This document shows positions 8,284 to 16,969 of a stretch of DNA of 32,000 nucleotides, piece after piece. How positions within the stretch are numbered: position 1 is the first letter of the stretch; the number at the start of each line of letters is the position of its first letter. This stretch comes from Nanoarchaeum equitans Kin4-M (GTDB lineage Archaea; Nanobdellota; Nanobdellia; Nanobdellales; Nanoarchaeaceae): assembly GCA_000008085.1 (NCBI GenBank), contig AE017199.1:240001-272000 (forward strand). The letters run 5' to 3'. Under the pieces are notes generated by a model. It was not told the origin of the DNA. It saw nothing but the letters and a program-made list of their open reading frames with translations, and did not search any database. The translations under genes were made by a program, and so were the position numbers.

Positions 8284-9231
8284 ATGGTTTTAAAAAAGAA
8301 AGAAAAATTAGTTTGCCCCAATTGTGGGAGTGAAAATATAATTTACGATCCTAAAACCGGGGAGTATATTTGTAAAGACTGTGGGTATGTTATCAAAATA
8401 GAATTCGATTTAGGCCCAGAATGGAGGCATTTTGATGATGAAACTGTTGATAGAAGGAGAGGAGGAGCACCATTAAGTTATGCCAAAGTCGGTAGGGGTC
8501 TTTCTACAGAAATTGGAGATACCTCGGAAATATATAAATTGAAAGGGGAATTAAAACAAAAATTCATGAGAATGAGAAAATGGCATTCTAGAGTGGCGTT
8601 GTCCGCGATAGATAGAAATCTAAAGATAGCTTTGCATGAATTGAAAAAGATGGTTGATAAATTAAATATGCCCAAATATGTTGAAGAAGAAGCCGCTAGA
8701 ATCTATCAAAAAGTTGTAGAAAAAGGTTTGGCGAGGGGGAGAAATATAAATACTTTATTAGCTGGTACATTATATTTAGTTATAAGAGAATATAACATTC
8801 CAAGAACTTTAGAAGAATTGGAAAAAGCCACAGGTATATCTAAAAAAGATATAGCTAAAGCCTATAGATTAATAGTTAGAGAACTAGGCATTAAACCAAA
8901 ACCAATTAGTCCAGCTGATTTTGTTTATAGATATGCAAGCGAACTTAATTTACCCCCAGAAGTGACTGCTACAGCAATAGAAATTATCGAAGAAGCTAAA
9001 AAGAAAAATATTGTTTCCGGGAGAGGCCCTCAAGGTATTGCTGCCGCAGCATTATATATTGCTGCGATCAAACATGGAAAATATGTACCATTAAAGAAAA
9101 TAGGGGAAATTGCCAAAGTTACAGAAGTTACTATAAAAAATAGGTACAAAGAAATAATTAATAGCTTAGGAATCGCTGAAGAAATAGAGAAAAAAAGATT
9201 GCAATTAGAAAACTATGGGATTGAGGATTAA
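8284..9231 (+). CDS. tfb: Transcription initiation factor TFB (TFIIB homologue)
   Basis: 315 aa. N-terminal Zn ribbon CPNCGS...CKDCG, a B-reader/linker region, and two cyclin-fold repeats (..LNMPKYVEEEAARIYQKVVEKGLARGRN.. and ..ELNLPPEVTATAIEIIEEAKKKNIVSGRGPQGIAAAALYIA..). Confidence 0.95.
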   Translation: MVLKKKEKLVCPNCGSENIIYDPKTGEYICKDCGYVIKIEFDLGPEWRHFDDETVDRRRGGAPLSYAKVGRGLSTEIGDTSEIYKLKGELKQKFMRMRKWHSRVALSAIDRNLKIALHELKKMVDKLNMPKYVEEEAARIYQKVVEKGLARGRNINTLLAGTLYLVIREYNIPRTLEELEKATGISKKDIAKAYRLIVRELGIKPKPISPADFVYRYASELNLPPEVTATAIEIIEEAKKKNIVSGRGPQGIAAAALYIAAIKHGKYVPLKKIGEIAKVTEVTIKNRYKEIINSLGIAEEIEKKRLQLENYGIED

Positions 9232-9433
9232 GGCCATAATTGAAATAGATAAAGAATTACCAATTTTTGAGCAAGAAGATGAATGGAGAGCTATCTATAG
9301 AGTAAAACACGAAAATGGAAAAACCATAATAGAGATAGATGCTAAAGATTCTGTAGCTTTTAGAGCAATAGTTAATGAATTGGCCCGATATTTTATTGCG
9401 ACTGAGAAGGTTGACTCTCTCTCCAAATTTTAA
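9215..9433 (+). CDS. pcc1: KEOPS subunit Pcc1-like protein (short form)
   Basis: 72 aa. IKAIIEID...GKTIIEIDAKDSVAFRAIVNELARYFIATEKV parallels archaeal Pcc1 (..GKKIILDIKATDSSALRGTVNSYLRWIKAAIDV as I remember the Pyrococcus protein). Its start overlaps the TFB 3' end by 17 nt. Confidence 0.65.
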   Translation: MGLRIKAIIEIDKELPIFEQEDEWRAIYRVKHENGKTIIEIDAKDSVAFRAIVNELARYFIATEKVDSLSKF

Positions 9434-9770
9434 TACCTCTCGGGGTTAAAATAACCCAATCATCTGTTGTTACTGCAATGTCTCCCCCAATGGCATCTAC
9501 AGTTTTCTTCATCTTTTCTAATGTGTGTTTTAATGCTTCTCTACTTTTGTTTTTTAGAGAAGATATATTAACAAAACAAATATAGATACCTTCCCTTAAA
9601 TCGTCCAAAATATATCTAATTTCGGCGAAATCCCTTGGTCTATATACTTTAACATACAAAGAAGGTTCTATTTCCTCGATTGTTTCTGTTAATTCAATAT
9701 AACCCTCTTCATTGGGCTCTTCCATATGCTCTTCAATTTTACTTATTCTCTTCAAAATCTTTAATACCAT
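9393..9770 (-). CDS. sepF: Cell division protein SepF (FtsZ membrane anchor)
   Basis: 125 aa. Amphipathic N-terminus MVLKILKRISKI, then EGYIELTE...LYVKVYRPRDFAEIRYILDDLREGIYICFVNISSL...VDAIGGDIAVTTDDWVILTPRGIKI, collinear with archaeal and bacterial SepF (DUF552). Confidence 0.8.
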   Translation of the reverse strand: MVLKILKRISKIEEHMEEPNEEGYIELTETIEEIEPSLYVKVYRPRDFAEIRYILDDLREGIYICFVNISSLKNKSREALKHTLEKMKKTVDAIGGDIAVTTDDWVILTPRGIKIWRESQPSQSQ

Positions 9771-9774
9771 ACAT

Positions 9775-10635
9775 TTAATTTTGTTGGTTATTTAAATTTT
9801 TTATGTTTATTGTACATCCTATTGGAGTTATCGATTTTTGATATGTTATAGAAGCATTAATAAATAATGGTATTATCGCATAAGCCTTTAGGTTTTGCAA
9901 AGAAATTTTTATTTTGTTTAACCCCATTTTTTGTATATTTATCCCATTCCCTTCTATTGCAAGTTTAGCTTCTCTTATATTAATAAGCGCATTTGGATCG
10001 GTAAAGACAAATTCCAGTTCTCCATTATTATACACTTCCCAGCTTTTCGGTTTAACATAATATTGCAAATACGGCTTTACATCTATATGGACAAAATCGA
10101 AATCCTTTGTTTTTACTAAAATGGGCAGTATTTCTTTATAATAAGCGCTATACTTTATTAAAAAAGTTATCGAATAAGAACCAGGTTTTGGATCTTTATT
10201 TTTAGTAAAGCTAATTGCCCATTTGTTTTCCTTTTTTTCTACATTTATTGTATAATATTCGGACAACCCTGTATGTTCAACTGATACTTCTTTCACAAAA
10301 AATGGGTCTTCCACATTAACAGTCAAATTTATATCGAATTTTGTATCGGTAATATTAACTTCTTTAGGCCCATCGCATTGGGCTATCAAATTAACTATTA
10401 GTGGTTTTATTTCCTCGGTTTTTTTCGTAGTATAGATAGGTTTATATTCATAGTATTCCCCTGTCGCTAAAGCTTTCCATTCTTCTATACCGCTAGAAAC
10501 AAAGCTAACATAATCATCAATGATAGAGCTAATTTTTTCCCTAGTATTAGGATCTATAAACAAATAGCCAGCAAAAAGCGCTATTGCTATTAATAAAGCT
10601 AATGCCCCATACACTTTAAAATAAAAACCGAACAA
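9775..10635 (-). CDS. N-terminally anchored beta-rich ectodomain protein, hypothetical (immediately upstream of sepF)
   Basis: 286 aa as listed (TTG start). GTG at 10614 is an equally plausible start (TTTATTTT plus 21 nt). Hydrophobic helix YGALALLIAIALFAGYLF, then a Tyr/Lys/Asn/Ile-rich region. It ends 4 nt before the sepF start. Confidence 0.55.
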   Translation of the reverse strand: MFGFYFKVYGALALLIAIALFAGYLFIDPNTREKISSIIDDYVSFVSSGIEEWKALATGEYYEYKPIYTTKKTEEIKPLIVNLIAQCDGPKEVNITDTKFDINLTVNVEDPFFVKEVSVEHTGLSEYYTINVEKKENKWAISFTKNKDPKPGSYSITFLIKYSAYYKEILPILVKTKDFDFVHIDVKPYLQYYVKPKSWEVYNNGELEFVFTDPNALINIREAKLAIEGNGINIQKMGLNKIKISLQNLKAYAIIPLFINASITYQKSITPIGCTINIKNLNNQQN

Positions 10636-10705
10636 AAAATAAAGCTATTTATTTACTTTCTAGTAACACTATTATTAATTTAATTGTTTGATTCCCTAAA
10701 CTTTA

Positions 10706-11200
10706 ATGCCTATTGTTGTTAGCAATGAAGAAGTTAATGTTAGCCCAAAGCAAAAGAAAATAGTAATACTAATGAAAAAAACATTATATTTGGATAAACC
10801 CGAATACAAAGCGTTTGTTGAAGAATTAAGAAATTTATATGCTAAAGGCCTTTTTGATGATATATTGATTATAAGGGAAGATGAAGACACTTTGTTTAAA
10901 CTATATGAAAACGAGTATGTTGTTGCATCTTTAAAAGATTTAGAATATTTAAAACAAAAGGTAAACGCCTTAGCGAAAACGATGGTTGAACAAAAGGAAA
11001 GTACGAACAAATTTATAAACTATTTGAAAGATGAATTGTTTTCCATTAAAGGCAAAATAATGTATTTTGAAGACGAACTAATAAAGCAAAGAGATACCAT
11101 TAACGAATTAAAAAAGGTAACCAAAACTATAATCGATATGGTAAGAAAACTATTTGAAAACCAAAAATTGTTATCTCTTAAAGCGCAATTGAAGCAATAA
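10706..11200 (+). CDS. Coiled-coil hypothetical protein
   Basis: 164 aa. The C-terminal ~90 aa is heptad-like (LEYLKQKVNALAKTMVEQKE...ELIKQRDTINELKKVTKTIIDMVRKLFENQKLL). ATTTAAT lies 21 nt upstream of the ATG. The antisense ORF 10696..11010 is judged a shadow. Confidence 0.5.
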   Translation: MPIVVSNEEVNVSPKQKKIVILMKKTLYLDKPEYKAFVEELRNLYAKGLFDDILIIREDEDTLFKLYENEYVVASLKDLEYLKQKVNALAKTMVEQKESTNKFINYLKDELFSIKGKIMYFEDELIKQRDTINELKKVTKTIIDMVRKLFENQKLLSLKAQLKQ

Positions 11201-11227
11201 ATTTAAATTATTTATAATTGTAGTCAA

Positions 11228-12655
11228 ATGAACAAAAGCGATATAGTTATTTTAGCTTTTTTCTTTGTTTCTTTGGGTTTAGGAATATTAACATTGCTAC
11301 CAGCGAATACCGTTAAAGAAACAACAAAAAACCAAACCGAATTAAAAGTATCAAAATTAAAATTGCTAAATGTAACTATTGCCAAAAATAATTATTTTAG
11401 TATTAATGGGGTGGCAGTAAACGAATTAGAAAGGAAGGGCGAAGTAACGCCTATATTATTTAAGGTTTATAATTCTAGCAAAGGCACTGTATATATAGAT
11501 ACCGATTCCTATAAAGAAATCTCTTTCCAAAAATCTATTGCTATAGCAAAAGAATTTGTAAAATATTTTGTTAGAACTAATTTGGATAATAAAGATATCT
11601 TAATAAAATTAAAAGTGGATAGCCCCTTCGTCGCTGGCGAAAGTGCCGGTTTACCATTAACTTTAGGATTAATATTCGCAGCAAAAGGGTATGTTCCCCA
11701 AAATTTAGATAAATATGTTTTTACTGGAGTGATAATGCCTTTTGGTATTATTGGAGAGGTAGGAGGAATAGATTTGAAATATTTAGCTGCAACTCAAAAG
11801 GGCAAAACATTAGTCCATGGGCAATCAACATTTTTAGGGGGATTATATTATACGGATGTTCTTTCCTTATATAGGGATTTGTTTGGAATAGAATTAATAG
11901 AGAAAAAACCTATTAAAATACCAAGGTGGTATTTAGATATAACAAAGCAATTGGCCGATGATTTATGCAAAAAAGCTATAGAGCATGGTTTCAAAGATTC
12001 AAAAGAATATAAAGTATATGAAAAAGCTTATAAAAATAAAGATTATTATGCTGCTGCATCATTATGTTTCAAATATTTATACGATAATGTTCCAATAGAT
12101 ACAGATGTTTATTCTTTAATACTAGAAACCAGGAAAGAGTTAAACGATGCGATAAAAAAGGCCAAAACATTGTATGATGCCGAAGCAATAGGCGCTGCGA
12201 GGGAAAGGCTTAGAATTGTAATAGAATTGTATAACAAATATTTGGATACTGGTAATAAAGAATTCTTATACAAAGCATATTGGCGTTTGCAAACAGTAAA
12301 AGGTTGGTTAAAATTTGTTGGCAATACTACCGGTATAAAAAATTACTGCCCTAAAGAAGTGGTAAATGAAATAAACAAAATTTACTCTGCTTTCATTGGA
12401 GAAACCGTTGAAATACCAAATAGCATAGATTGCTATTATTTGGCTAAAGAGTATATATCTAATTTGCACTATAGATTATTTAGCTATCCATCCAATGTTT
12501 TTGCTTTAATAAAAATAGCGCCTTATTATTTCGATAGGTTCGATTTGGTTGGATATTCCTATTACCAATTAAGCAAATACCTTAATGAGGACAAACTATT
12601 ATATATAATAAAAGCGATAGACTTTTCCCACAATTATTTAACAAACAATTCATAA
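11228..12655 (+). CDS. Membrane-anchored Lon-type (S16) serine protease domain protein without an AAA+ module, plus a C-terminal helical-repeat domain
   Basis: 475 aa. N-terminal TM IVILAFFFVSLGLGILTLL. SPFVAGESAGLPLTLGLIFAA (Ser nucleophile motif) and FTGVIMPFGIIGEVGGIDLKYLAATQKGKTLV (catalytic Lys motif) match the Lon proteolytic domain. No Walker motifs. The last ~240 aa look TPR-like and helical. Confidence 0.72.
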   Translation: MNKSDIVILAFFFVSLGLGILTLLPANTVKETTKNQTELKVSKLKLLNVTIAKNNYFSINGVAVNELERKGEVTPILFKVYNSSKGTVYIDTDSYKEISFQKSIAIAKEFVKYFVRTNLDNKDILIKLKVDSPFVAGESAGLPLTLGLIFAAKGYVPQNLDKYVFTGVIMPFGIIGEVGGIDLKYLAATQKGKTLVHGQSTFLGGLYYTDVLSLYRDLFGIELIEKKPIKIPRWYLDITKQLADDLCKKAIEHGFKDSKEYKVYEKAYKNKDYYAAASLCFKYLYDNVPIDTDVYSLILETRKELNDAIKKAKTLYDAEAIGAARERLRIVIELYNKYLDTGNKEFLYKAYWRLQTVKGWLKFVGNTTGIKNYCPKEVVNEINKIYSAFIGETVEIPNSIDCYYLAKEYISNLHYRLFSYPSNVFALIKIAPYYFDRFDLVGYSYYQLSKYLNEDKLLYIIKAIDFSHNYLTNNS

Positions 12656-13332
12656 AATTCGTATTTTAATTGGGATTCGAAACCCAAATTTTCCCCATTG
12701 GGCAAATCTATATTATTGGTTACAACTATATTGTTTAAGGCACAATTATATTTGGGCCCTATCCTAGTTTGAGTTTCTAATATTAGTTCGCCCATTTTCA
12801 TTGTTGGGTTAAAACAAACATAAAACAAAGGTTTAACCAAAATTTTTTGCTTCTGTAAATCTATTTTATACTCTTCTTCCGGTTGTATCGAAGTATTATA
12901 TAAGTTTTGCTCTATGTCTAAGCAATATAGATAGTATGTACCTCTCTTCGCTGAAAAAGTTATATTATTGTTAGAATAATTGTAAAATACCGGTTTAAAA
13001 TGGGAATCAAATAATAAAACAGAAGTGCAATTTAAAGCGCTAATATTAATAGAGATGTTTTTTTCCACATTTACTGGAATCGTATAGGGGTAATATTTTT
13101 TATAATAAGCCGGTACCCCATTGGCGTAAATGGAATTAACCCATTTTGGGAAAAAGGCAAAAAAAGCAGTTGGTTTAAGCTCTTTAACATAATAATACAG
13201 AACTATTGCTTTTTCATAATCATAAAAATTTGGATTAAACTCTTTCTTATCCAATGTTATATGATAATGCATTGGCTTATACAATGCAAAAAACATTAGT
13301 ATAGCAAATACCAATTCTAATAGCAATAGCAT
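12634..13332 (-). CDS. N-terminally anchored hypothetical protein
   Basis: 232 aa. Hydrophobic N-terminus MLLLLELVFAILMFFALY, then a Tyr/Asn-rich region with 5 Cys. No family recognised. Confidence 0.5.
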   Translation of the reverse strand: MLLLLELVFAILMFFALYKPMHYHITLDKKEFNPNFYDYEKAIVLYYYVKELKPTAFFAFFPKWVNSIYANGVPAYYKKYYPYTIPVNVEKNISINISALNCTSVLLFDSHFKPVFYNYSNNNITFSAKRGTYYLYCLDIEQNLYNTSIQPEEEYKIDLQKQKILVKPLFYVCFNPTMKMGELILETQTRIGPKYNCALNNIVVTNNIDLPNGENLGFESQLKYEFYELFVK

Positions 13333-13360
13333 AAATTGTTAGGATAAATTGATTTATATA

Positions 13361-13445
13361 CGCCGCCGGGGGGATTCGAACCCCCGCCCCCTTATCGGGG
13401 ATTCGGTCTCCAGCCGAACCCCTTGGTCCGCTCGGGCACGGCGGC
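13361..13445 (-). tRNA. tRNA-Ser (anticodon GGA)
   Basis: Reverse complement is 85 nt: acceptor GCCGCCG/CGGCGGC, anticodon stem TTCGG/CCGAA with loop CTGGAGA, a long variable arm (CCCC-GATAA-GGGG), T arm GGGGG-TTCGAAT-CCCCC, discriminator G. No intron. Confidence 0.93.
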
Positions 13446-13464
13446 AAAAACATACTAATAAACC

Positions 13465-13471
13465 ATTTAAA
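13465..13471 (-). promoter_or_regulatory. TATA box (TTTAAAT) of tRNA-Ser
   Basis: Occupies -20 to -26 relative to the mature 5' end at 13445. It sits directly after the MCM stop codon (13475-13477). Confidence 0.6.
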
Positions 13472-13474
13472 AAT

Positions 13475-15448
13475 TTATACCGCTTTTAATATGCCAGGTT
13501 TAATCTCAAATACTGCCCCGCTAGTTTTTAGATAGTATAACAATTGCTCTATCTCACTATCCATAAGACCATATTCCTTGGCTTTTTCTATTAACTCTTT
13601 CTCGCTAACACCTTCCCCGCTATCTAATTGCTTTATTAGTTGTAATAGCAATTTTTGTTTTTCTATTTTGCTTCTTGGTTTACCACTCTCTAATATTGTT
13701 ATGTCTATTACTTTGGATTCTGGGTCTACTCCTGCTTCCTCTAAGAAACGCTTGGTTAACTCTATAGCCAAATCGGCATCTTCTTTTTCAACTATATCGG
13801 AAAACCTTATTCTAGCAGATGCCTCAGCTAGCCTTACAATGGATTCTAATTGCCTTGTAGAGATTGGAACTGCTTTTAACTCTTGAGATTTCTCTCTGAG
13901 AGAGACAAAGAAATCCTTAATTCTAGCTATAGCCTCATTGGAAAGCCTAGGTTTTATGTTTTTTCTCACATATAGGATATACTTTCTTAACAAATCAACA
14001 GGTATTGCCAAATCTACATCTTCAACATAACTTTCTAATACCCTTTCTGCCAATTGTTCATCATAATCTTTTCCAGGTTTATCTCTTATTAGAAATATTA
14101 AATCGAACCTATTTAGTATAGTTGGAGGAATAGCTATTTGTTCTACTAAAGACAAATTATCATCCCACCTTCCAAATTTGGGATTTGCTGCGGCTAAAAC
14201 AGATGTTTCTGTTTTCAATGTAACATGTATACCGGCTTTGCTAATGGTTACACTACCTTGCTCCATTGCTTCGTGTAAAATCATTAGCTCGTTTTTACCT
14301 AGTTTCTCTATTTCGTCTAAAGCTAATAAACCGCCATTAGCTAAAACCATTGGCCCTGCATCGATAGACCATACTTTCAATAGTTCGTCCCTTACTACTA
14401 CCGCTACTAAACCAACAGCTGTAGCAGAAGTGCCTGAGACATATCTACCTCTTGGCGCTACTTCTGCAGCATATTTTAATAGAGTGCTCTTCGCTGTACC
14501 GGGATCTCCTACTAATAATATATGTATATGCCCTCTAACTTTTGTGCCGTCCCTTCTAATTTTTTTAACACCCCCAACCATTTGTAAAAGGATAGCTTTT
14601 TTAATGTAATCATAACCAAATATAGAAGGGGCAAAATTCTCCACCAATAAATCTAATGGGTTATTGCTATTGGCTATCTCTTTTATTTCTACCAAATCTT
14701 TGTTAGTGATAACTATATCTGTTATGTTTTTCTCTAAAAATTCTATGTTGTTTACTTCTATTAGTATATCATAGATAGCGCCTTTCTCTGTAAGCTTTGC
14801 GGTCCTTGGTATTCCTACTATTCTAACTCTCGCTCCAGGAACAGTTTTATCATTAATTTTCGGTTCAACTAGTTTGTCCTTTAATATGGCAGTAACCCTC
14901 TCGGGTTGGGCTCCCCCAGTAAGGTTTTCTGGTAATTCCTCTAAAACTAATCTTTGTATATCAATGTATTCTTCTTCTACTATCTCCCAATCGCCAGATT
15001 TATTACATTTGGGACATTTCTTTGGCTTAGAAATTTTATCGCTAATACTTTTTATCTCTTTTTCTACTTCGTAACCACAGCTATGTCTAAAAACGGCCCT
15101 TTTTAGTACTGGTTTAACCATTGAAGATTGTTTTATAATGCCTTCTATAGCAACTAATTTATTCAAATGGTGGCTTCTTAGCTCTCTAATCTTTACATTT
15201 CTATAATATTGTACATCAGTAAACGCTATATAGTAATCTACTTTAGTTAAAGCATATTCTTCTTGGATTTCTTTTACTATTGTTTTTATTTGCTCTATTG
15301 CTTTTTCAGGGTTATCCAATATTTCATCTATTAGGTTTATTAGCCCCAACTCTTCTAACTCTTTTAGTGATATATATAGTATATCGTTTGCTTCATTCAT
15401 TTTTTTCAATAGATATTTTTCTAATTCTAGCTTCTCAAGTTCTTCCAC
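13475..15448 (-). CDS. mcm: MCM replicative helicase
   Basis: 657 aa. N-terminal OB/Zn region (HSCGYEV...CPKCN), Walker A GDPGTAKS, Walker B LLALDEIEKL, the LNRFDLIFLIRD arginine-finger region, and a C-terminal winged-helix-like tail. GTG start at 15448, with TTTATAAT 22 nt upstream. Confidence 0.95.
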   Translation of the reverse strand: MEELEKLELEKYLLKKMNEANDILYISLKELEELGLINLIDEILDNPEKAIEQIKTIVKEIQEEYALTKVDYYIAFTDVQYYRNVKIRELRSHHLNKLVAIEGIIKQSSMVKPVLKRAVFRHSCGYEVEKEIKSISDKISKPKKCPKCNKSGDWEIVEEEYIDIQRLVLEELPENLTGGAQPERVTAILKDKLVEPKINDKTVPGARVRIVGIPRTAKLTEKGAIYDILIEVNNIEFLEKNITDIVITNKDLVEIKEIANSNNPLDLLVENFAPSIFGYDYIKKAILLQMVGGVKKIRRDGTKVRGHIHILLVGDPGTAKSTLLKYAAEVAPRGRYVSGTSATAVGLVAVVVRDELLKVWSIDAGPMVLANGGLLALDEIEKLGKNELMILHEAMEQGSVTISKAGIHVTLKTETSVLAAANPKFGRWDDNLSLVEQIAIPPTILNRFDLIFLIRDKPGKDYDEQLAERVLESYVEDVDLAIPVDLLRKYILYVRKNIKPRLSNEAIARIKDFFVSLREKSQELKAVPISTRQLESIVRLAEASARIRFSDIVEKEDADLAIELTKRFLEEAGVDPESKVIDITILESGKPRSKIEKQKLLLQLIKQLDSGEGVSEKELIEKAKEYGLMDSEIEQLLYYLKTSGAVFEIKPGILKAV

Positions 15449-15498
15449 TTCAGTGGTAATGTTATATAGAATTATAAAGGTTTTAGCAAAAACAATAT

Positions 15499-16305
15499 AT
15501 GAAAATGGACAAACTAAAATACAAAGTTTTAGACACTATAAAAAGATATTCTCTTTTTTCCCCCAACGAAAAATTGTTATTAGCCATCTCTGGAGGCAAA
15601 GATTCGGTAACTTTGTTAGACATACTTTATAATTTAAATTACAAATTCGATCTATATTTTATTGATTTAGGAATAAAGGGTTTTTCTGATATTTCTGAGA
15701 AAATAGTTGAGAGTTTATCAAAAGAATATGGGTTAAACCTATATATAGATAGGGTAGCAGATTATGGGATTACTATAAAGCCTATAGGCAAAATGCCAGC
15801 TTGCGCTGTATGTGGAATAGTAAAGAGATACCTTATGAATAAGTTTGCATATGAAAAGGATTATACTTTGATTACAGCGCATAATTTTGATGATATCATA
15901 GCTTTTGCTTTAGCTAATCTGTTTTCTGGTAATTATGAATATTTGTTAAAAATAAGACCCAAAAATGAAAGATATTATAAATTGGCTAAAAAGGTTAAAC
16001 CTTTGTTTTTTGTAAGAGAAAAAGAAACCTTGCAATATGTTAAGGAAAAGAATTTGCCATATGTAAATATAGAATGTCCTTTAAGGAGAAAGAATACCCA
16101 AGATAGATACAAAAATATAGCTAATGAATTTGAGAAAATATTCCCTGGGTTTAAGAAAAATTTTATAAAAGCTTTGCTATACTATAATACTAGAGTGCCA
16201 GAGCCAAAGCCAAAGAATTATTGCAAAATATGTGGTTACCCATCAAAGGGAGAAGTATGCTCTTTTTGTAGGATAAGAAATGCATTGTCAAGACATAATA
16301 AATAA
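15499..16305 (+). CDS. PP-loop ATPase of the tRNA thiolation family (TtuA/NcsA/TtcA-like)
   Basis: 268 aa. PP-loop LLAISGGKDSVTLL. CAVCG plus ECPL cysteines lie at the positions of the Fe-S ligands, HNFDD is present, and there is a C-terminal Zn finger CKICG...CSFC. TTATAAAG lies 19 nt upstream of the ATG. Confidence 0.78.
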   Translation: MKMDKLKYKVLDTIKRYSLFSPNEKLLLAISGGKDSVTLLDILYNLNYKFDLYFIDLGIKGFSDISEKIVESLSKEYGLNLYIDRVADYGITIKPIGKMPACAVCGIVKRYLMNKFAYEKDYTLITAHNFDDIIAFALANLFSGNYEYLLKIRPKNERYYKLAKKVKPLFFVREKETLQYVKEKNLPYVNIECPLRRKNTQDRYKNIANEFEKIFPGFKKNFIKALLYYNTRVPEPKPKNYCKICGYPSKGEVCSFCRIRNALSRHNK

Positions 16306-16792
16306 AATTATAATAAATAGAATTATAAGGGAATTGTTATTACCTAAATTAGACGGTTTTAGCATAATAAGTTTATCGAAATACGATTTTATCGATTTAT
16401 TTTTGTTGAGCGCTTTAAAGAATGGGCGATATTATGTATATAACAAAGAGATCGATTTAAAATTCCCATATAAATTGGTTAAAGCCAACAAAACATACAA
16501 AGTTTACAAAATTATCCCAACCAATACGAAGGTTTATTTTATTAAAAAATCTATATTTGATGTTAGACCCAAAGAAAAAGCAGATTTGGCTATTGTTATA
16601 GAGCAGAACTATAATAAAAAATTGCACAATAGAATAAAACAATTGGCTAAACATTTAATTTTGTACGATATAGTTTATGATAAAAAGAAATGTATAAAAA
16701 TAGGTATAAAGAACATAATATTTGAAAATTTATACTGCTGTTACAAAAATAGAAAAACCCTAGTTAGCCTCGTCGGGTTTTATGAATTGTAA
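16280..16792 (+). CDS. Hypothetical protein
   Basis: 170-aa ORF overlapping the previous gene by 26 nt (start uncertain; TTG near 16334 is possible). Lys/Ile/Tyr-rich, no motif recognised. Confidence 0.4.
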   Translation: MHCQDIINKIIINRIIRELLLPKLDGFSIISLSKYDFIDLFLLSALKNGRYYVYNKEIDLKFPYKLVKANKTYKVYKIIPTNTKVYFIKKSIFDVRPKEKADLAIVIEQNYNKKLHNRIKQLAKHLILYDIVYDKKKCIKIGIKNIIFENLYCCYKNRKTLVSLVGFYEL

Positions 16793-16966
16793 TTGTTTAG
16801 ACAAATAAATACCCAACTCTTTTTTCAATTGCCTTCGGTATTTGCCATATTTATCCTCGGGGCTAAACTTTGGAGGTTTGTTTATTATTGTTTTGGAACC
16901 ACACTTAGGGCATTTATCTTGCAAAGTATATATATTACATTTGGGGCAATACTTTATATGTTTCAT
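16760..16966 (-). CDS. nop10: H/ACA RNP subunit Nop10
   Basis: 68 aa. [39 protein letters not shown] is nearly identical in pattern to archaeal Nop10 (Zn ribbon plus PP.FSP.D..G.YRR). It has about 15 extra C-terminal residues. Confidence 0.9.
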   Translation of the reverse strand: MKHIKYCPKCNIYTLQDKCPKCGSKTIINKPPKFSPEDKYGKYRRQLKKELGIYLSKQLQFIKPDEAN

Positions 16967-16969
16967 TTG

